Shown here in pieces: positions 60,654-64,000 of a DNA stretch of 64,000 bases. A program made the position numbers and the translations under genes. The DNA is from Propionibacteriaceae bacterium (GTDB taxonomy: Bacteria > Actinomycetota > Actinomycetes > Propionibacteriales > Propionibacteriaceae), in contig DATLQP010000291.1 in assembly GCA_035535155.1 (NCBI GenBank), positions 10,019 through 74,018 of the forward strand. Direction: 5' to 3'. The notes under the pieces were generated by a model. It was given only the letters and a program-made list of their open reading frames with translations, was not told the DNA's origin and made no database searches. Every line of letters begins with the position of its first letter. Positions within the stretch are counted from its first letter, which is position 1.

Positions 60654-62729
60654 TCAGGCGTCGATGGTGGCAGTGTCCAGGGCGTACGCGCCGTCGATGA
60701 TGAACTCCTTGCGCGGACCGACGTCGTTGCCCATCAGCATCTCGAAGGTGGTCTCAGCGATCAGTCCGTCGTCCACCGTCATGCGGCGCAGCGTACGGTG
60801 GCGCGGATTCATCGTTGTGTCGGCTAGTTGGTCGGCGTCCATCTCGCCGAGACCCTTGTAGCGCTGCGGCTCCTTGAAGTGCAGACCCTTCTTGGTCAGC
60901 TCAGCTGCCTTCCGCTGATACTCGGCGTCGAAATAGGTGTAGATGTACTTGTCCTGGCCCTTGCGGGGATTTGTCAGCTCGAAGCGATGCAGCGGCGGCA
61001 CCGCAGTGAAGACCCGACCAGCCTGGACCATCGGACGCATGTATCGGAAGAACAAGGTCGCGAGCAGGCAGCGAATGTGGGCACCGTCTGAGTCGGCATC
61101 AGCCATGAAGATGACCTTGCCGTAGCGGGCCGTGTCGATATCGAAGCTGCGACCCGATCCGGCGCCGACGACCTGGATGATCGAGGCACACTCGAAGTTC
61201 TTCAGCATGTCGCCGATCGACGCCTTCTGAACGTTGAGGATCTTGCCGCGAATCGGCAGCAACGCCTGGAACTCGGAGTTCCTCGCCAACTTGGCGGTGC
61301 CGAGTGCGGAGTCGCCCTCGACGATGAACAGCTCGGAACGGTCGACGTCGCCGTTACGGCAGTCAACGAGCTTCGCCGGCAGTGACGACGACTCGAGGGC
61401 GTTCTTCCGGCGCTGAGCCTCGCGATGCTGCCGGGCGGCGACCCGAGCCCGGGCGGCGCCGACGACCTTCTCCAGGAGCGCTCGGGCCTGTGCCCTGGTC
61501 GCCGCCTTCGTTGACCCGAGGAACCTGGCGAGCTCGCGTTCCACCGCCTTGGTTACCAGACGCGACACCGCGGGAGTGCCAAGCACCTCTTTGGTCTGGC
61601 CTTCGAACTGCGGCTCGGCCAGTCGTACGGTGACGACCGCCGTCATGCCCTCCAGAACATCTTCCTTTGAGACCTCGTCGCCGTTTTTCAGCAGGCGGGT
61701 GTTCTGCAGCGCGTTGCCGAACGCCTTGGTCAGTCCCCGTTCGAAGCCGGCAATGTGGGTGCCACCTTTTGGTGTCGCAATGATGTTGACGAACGAGTGG
61801 GTACGCGTCTCGTAGCCGTCTCCCCAGCGAAGGGCGATGTCGATCTCGAGGTCTCGCTCGACGTCCGCGGGCTCCATGTGCCCGTCGTCGTCCAGCATTG
61901 GAACAGTCTCGGTAAACCGATCGGTGCCGCGCAGCCGGATGACGTCAGTGATGGCTTGATCAGGTGCAAGGAACTCGCAGAACTCAGAGATACCTCCGGT
62001 GTGACGATAGGTCTCCTCGGTGGCGTCTGCGCTGCGAGCGTCGTTGACATGGAGCGCGAGCCCGGGCACCAGAAAGCTTGTCTGCCTTGCGCGATCCTGG
62101 AGGTCTCGGAGCGACAGCTGAGCGTCATGCAGAAAGATCTGCCGGTCCGGCCAATAGGTAACCCGAGTTCCGGTCACCCCTTTGGCGACCCGGCCGACTT
62201 TTCGCAGCGGGCCTCCGGCGGTGAACTTCGCTGTCGGCCCCGGCCCGTCGAATGTCCCCGGAACGCCGCGGCGGAATGACATGGCCCAGGTCGCGGAATT
62301 GCGATCAACTTCGACATCGAGCCGACTCGACAAAGCATTGACAACTGAGGAACCTACGCCGTGGAGTCCGCCTGTCGCGTTGTAGGAGCCGGCGCCGAAT
62401 TTGCCGCCCGCGTGGAGTTTTGTGAAGACCACCTCCACTCCGGGCAGACCGGTTCGCGGTTCGATGTCCACCGGGATGCCGCGACCGTGGTCTCTTACCA
62501 TGATGCCGCCATCGGCCCGCAGTGTGACAAAGATCTCCTTGCCGTGGTCACCAAGCGCCTCGTCGACAGCGTTATCGATGATCTCCCACAGGCAGTGCAT
62601 CAGCCCCCTGGTATCAGTGGAGCCGATGTACATCGCAGGCCGTTTCCGGACCGCCTCGAGTCCCTCCAAGACCAGCAGGTGCCGCGCCTCGTAATCGCGG
62701 CTTTCTGTTGCTGGGCTGGCAGTTGGCAC
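60654..62729 (-). CDS. parE: DNA topoisomerase IV subunit B (GyrB/ParE family)
   Basis: LEGLEAVRKRPAMYIG, EIIDNA, DHGRGIP, LHAGGKF, GGLHGVG, VEGDSA, PIRGK, DADSDG TOPRIM, RYKGLGEM. Confidence 0.92.
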   Translation of the reverse strand: MPTASPATESRDYEARHLLVLEGLEAVRKRPAMYIGSTDTRGLMHCLWEIIDNAVDEALGDHGKEIFVTLRADGGIMVRDHGRGIPVDIEPRTGLPGVEVVFTKLHAGGKFGAGSYNATGGLHGVGSSVVNALSSRLDVEVDRNSATWAMSFRRGVPGTFDGPGPTAKFTAGGPLRKVGRVAKGVTGTRVTYWPDRQIFLHDAQLSLRDLQDRARQTSFLVPGLALHVNDARSADATEETYRHTGGISEFCEFLAPDQAITDVIRLRGTDRFTETVPMLDDDGHMEPADVERDLEIDIALRWGDGYETRTHSFVNIIATPKGGTHIAGFERGLTKAFGNALQNTRLLKNGDEVSKEDVLEGMTAVVTVRLAEPQFEGQTKEVLGTPAVSRLVTKAVERELARFLGSTKAATRAQARALLEKVVGAARARVAARQHREAQRRKNALESSSLPAKLVDCRNGDVDRSELFIVEGDSALGTAKLARNSEFQALLPIRGKILNVQKASIGDMLKNFECASIIQVVGAGSGRSFDIDTARYGKVIFMADADSDGAHIRCLLATLFFRYMRPMVQAGRVFTAVPPLHRFELTNPRKGQDKYIYTYFDAEYQRKAAELTKKGLHFKEPQRYKGLGEMDADQLADTTMNPRHRTLRRMTVDDGLIAETTFEMLMGNDVGPRKEFIIDGAYALDTATIDA

Positions 62730-63041
62730 GGGCTGAGAGTACCTCGCAACACCCGTCTGAGGGTGTCAGGAGCCGCCAATCCACTGCTGTGTCGGACAAC
62801 GAAACCCTCATAGCATTGAGCCGCCCAAAGCTGCGGCGTCGGCATCGCGCTAGCAGCTCGAGAAACGTCGATTCACAGGATTCGTTACACAACGGTCATT
62901 GGCACGAGACGCAGAACCGGAACAATCAGGTACAGGCGAGATGTTGAGGGTGTGCGAGGCGAGTATCAGCAGCACGATGCAAGCCTTGCTCAGAAAGATC
63001 ATCTGAGAAGAACATCAAATCGTCAGGAAGCGAGGCCCACC

Positions 63042-63239
63042 GTGAGCACTCCCGTTATCGAAGATCCCGCCTTGAACGCCTCGGATCGTTGCGACCGGTG
63101 TGGCGCTCAAGCATTTGTTCGAGTCACCATGGCTAGTGGGTCCGAGCTCCTGTTCTGCTTACACCACAGCAAGGAGCACGCGGACAAGCTCAAGCAGGTG
63201 GCGTTGAAGATCCACGACGAGTCGCAACGGATCGGCTAA
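63042..63239 (+). CDS. Small Cys/His-rich protein (DUF7455-like)
   Basis: DRCDRCGAQA and LLFCLHH; customary position between parE and hrdB/sigA. Confidence 0.8.
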   Translation: MSTPVIEDPALNASDRCDRCGAQAFVRVTMASGSELLFCLHHSKEHADKLKQVALKIHDESQRIG

Positions 63240-63257
63240 CCGGTCCTAAGGCAACTC

Positions 63258-63300
63258 AGCCGGCCCTTACCCAGCGTCAGCCTGGGTCGGGGCCGGTTTG
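63258..63300. terminator. Intrinsic terminator hairpin between the convergent DUF7455-like gene and sigA
   Basis: CCGGCCC-tt-ACCCAG-cgtcagc-CTGGGT-cg-GGGCCGG followed by TTTG. Confidence 0.7.
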
Positions 63301-63430
63301 CTGTGTGTTACGCATTCGTCTGCCGCTTCTCGGCAAACTTAGATGTGCGTAGGTTGCAGACAAACACCAGCCGCCCGAAGGCAAGCTCCTCGCAGGGTCA
63401 ACCAGCGTCGGCAACTCGGAATAGCGCCGG

Positions 63431-64000
63431 CTAGTCCAGATAGTCCCTGAGCACCTGCGAGCGGGAGGGGTGCCGCAGCTTGCTCATGGTCTTGGACTCG
63501 ATCTGGCGGATCCGTTCCCGAGTCACCCCATACACCTTGCCGATCTCATCGAGCGTCTTGGGCTGCCCATCGGTTAGCCCGAAGCGCATCGACACTACGC
63601 CGGCCTCGCGTTCGCTCAGCGTGTCCAACACGTCATGCAACTGCTCCTGCAGCAGCGTGAAGCTCACCGCGTCTGCCGGAACCACTGCCTCTGAGTCCTC
63701 GATCAGATCGCCGAACTCGGAGTCGCCGTCTTCGCCCAGCGGTGTGTGCAAGGAGATCGGCTCACGCCCGTACTTCTGAACCTCGACGACCTTCTCCGGC
63801 GTCATATCGAGCTCCCGCGCAAGTTCTTCGGGAGTCGGCTCACGGCCCAGATCCTGCAGCATCTGACGCTGCACCCGAGCCAGCTTGTTGATCACCTCGA
63901 CCATGTGCACCGGGATGCGGATGGTGCGAGCCTGGTCGGCCATCGCTCGGGTGATCGCCTGCCGGATCCACCAAGTCGCGTACGTGGAGAACTTGTAGCC
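63431..64000 (-). CDS. sigA: Principal RNA polymerase sigma factor (RpoD/HrdB/SigA), 5' part outside window
   Basis: [33 protein letters not shown] (regions 2.3-3.0), [20 protein letters not shown] (region 4.2), LRDYLD C-terminus. Confidence 0.96.
   Translation of the reverse strand, partial: GYKFSTYATWWIRQAITRAMADQARTIRIPVHMVEVINKLARVQRQMLQDLGREPTPEELARELDMTPEKVVEVQKYGREPISLHTPLGEDGDSEFGDLIEDSEAVVPADAVSFTLLQEQLHDVLDTLSEREAGVVSMRFGLTDGQPKTLDEIGKVYGVTRERIRQIESKTMSKLRHPSRSQVLRDYLD

Noticed and set aside
57635-62729. gyrA/gyrB
   Set aside because: The genes are convergent and next to sigA rather than in tandem near oriC, which fits actinobacterial topoisomerase IV; a tree would settle it.

Overview
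GC-rich actinobacterial chromosome segment, inferred from gene content to be Propionibacteriales (Microlunatus/Nocardioides-like). Most of it is the conserved core block whose order I recall from M. tuberculosis Rv2670-Rv2703 and the Streptomyces hrdB-parE-parC-sepH-dut-trkA-acnA-dxs region. It holds a sulfate assimilation operon (cysH-cysC-cysD-cysN-sirB), the coproporphyrin-dependent heme genes (hemE, hemY/cgoX, hemQ/chdC, hemH/cpfC), rnd, fadA-fadB, dxs, acnA, a KimA-like K+ transporter divergent from two TrkA/RCK genes, dut, sepH, tdk, a Pat-type acetyltransferase, topoisomerase IV parC/parE and the 3' end of the principal sigma factor. Likely accessory inserts are a MocR/EamA pair, a VapBC-like toxin-antitoxin module, a small-gene block between dxs and acnA, an rml cluster with an AAA+/VWA pair, and glpK-glpX-glpD-CHAD. 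I found no tRNA, rRNA, CRISPR array, integrase or transposase. I cannot claim a clearly new system. The best leads are operator half-sites written into the first codons of the MocR regulator, a strand-asymmetric structured RNA candidate downstream of DUF4193, a KimA-like transporter paired with RCK proteins but no TrkH, an AAA+/VWA pair with a non-canonical Walker B, and a lipoprotein with tandem emfourin-like domains. Start codons were adjusted from the ORF track using family N-termini and leaderless -10 boxes.
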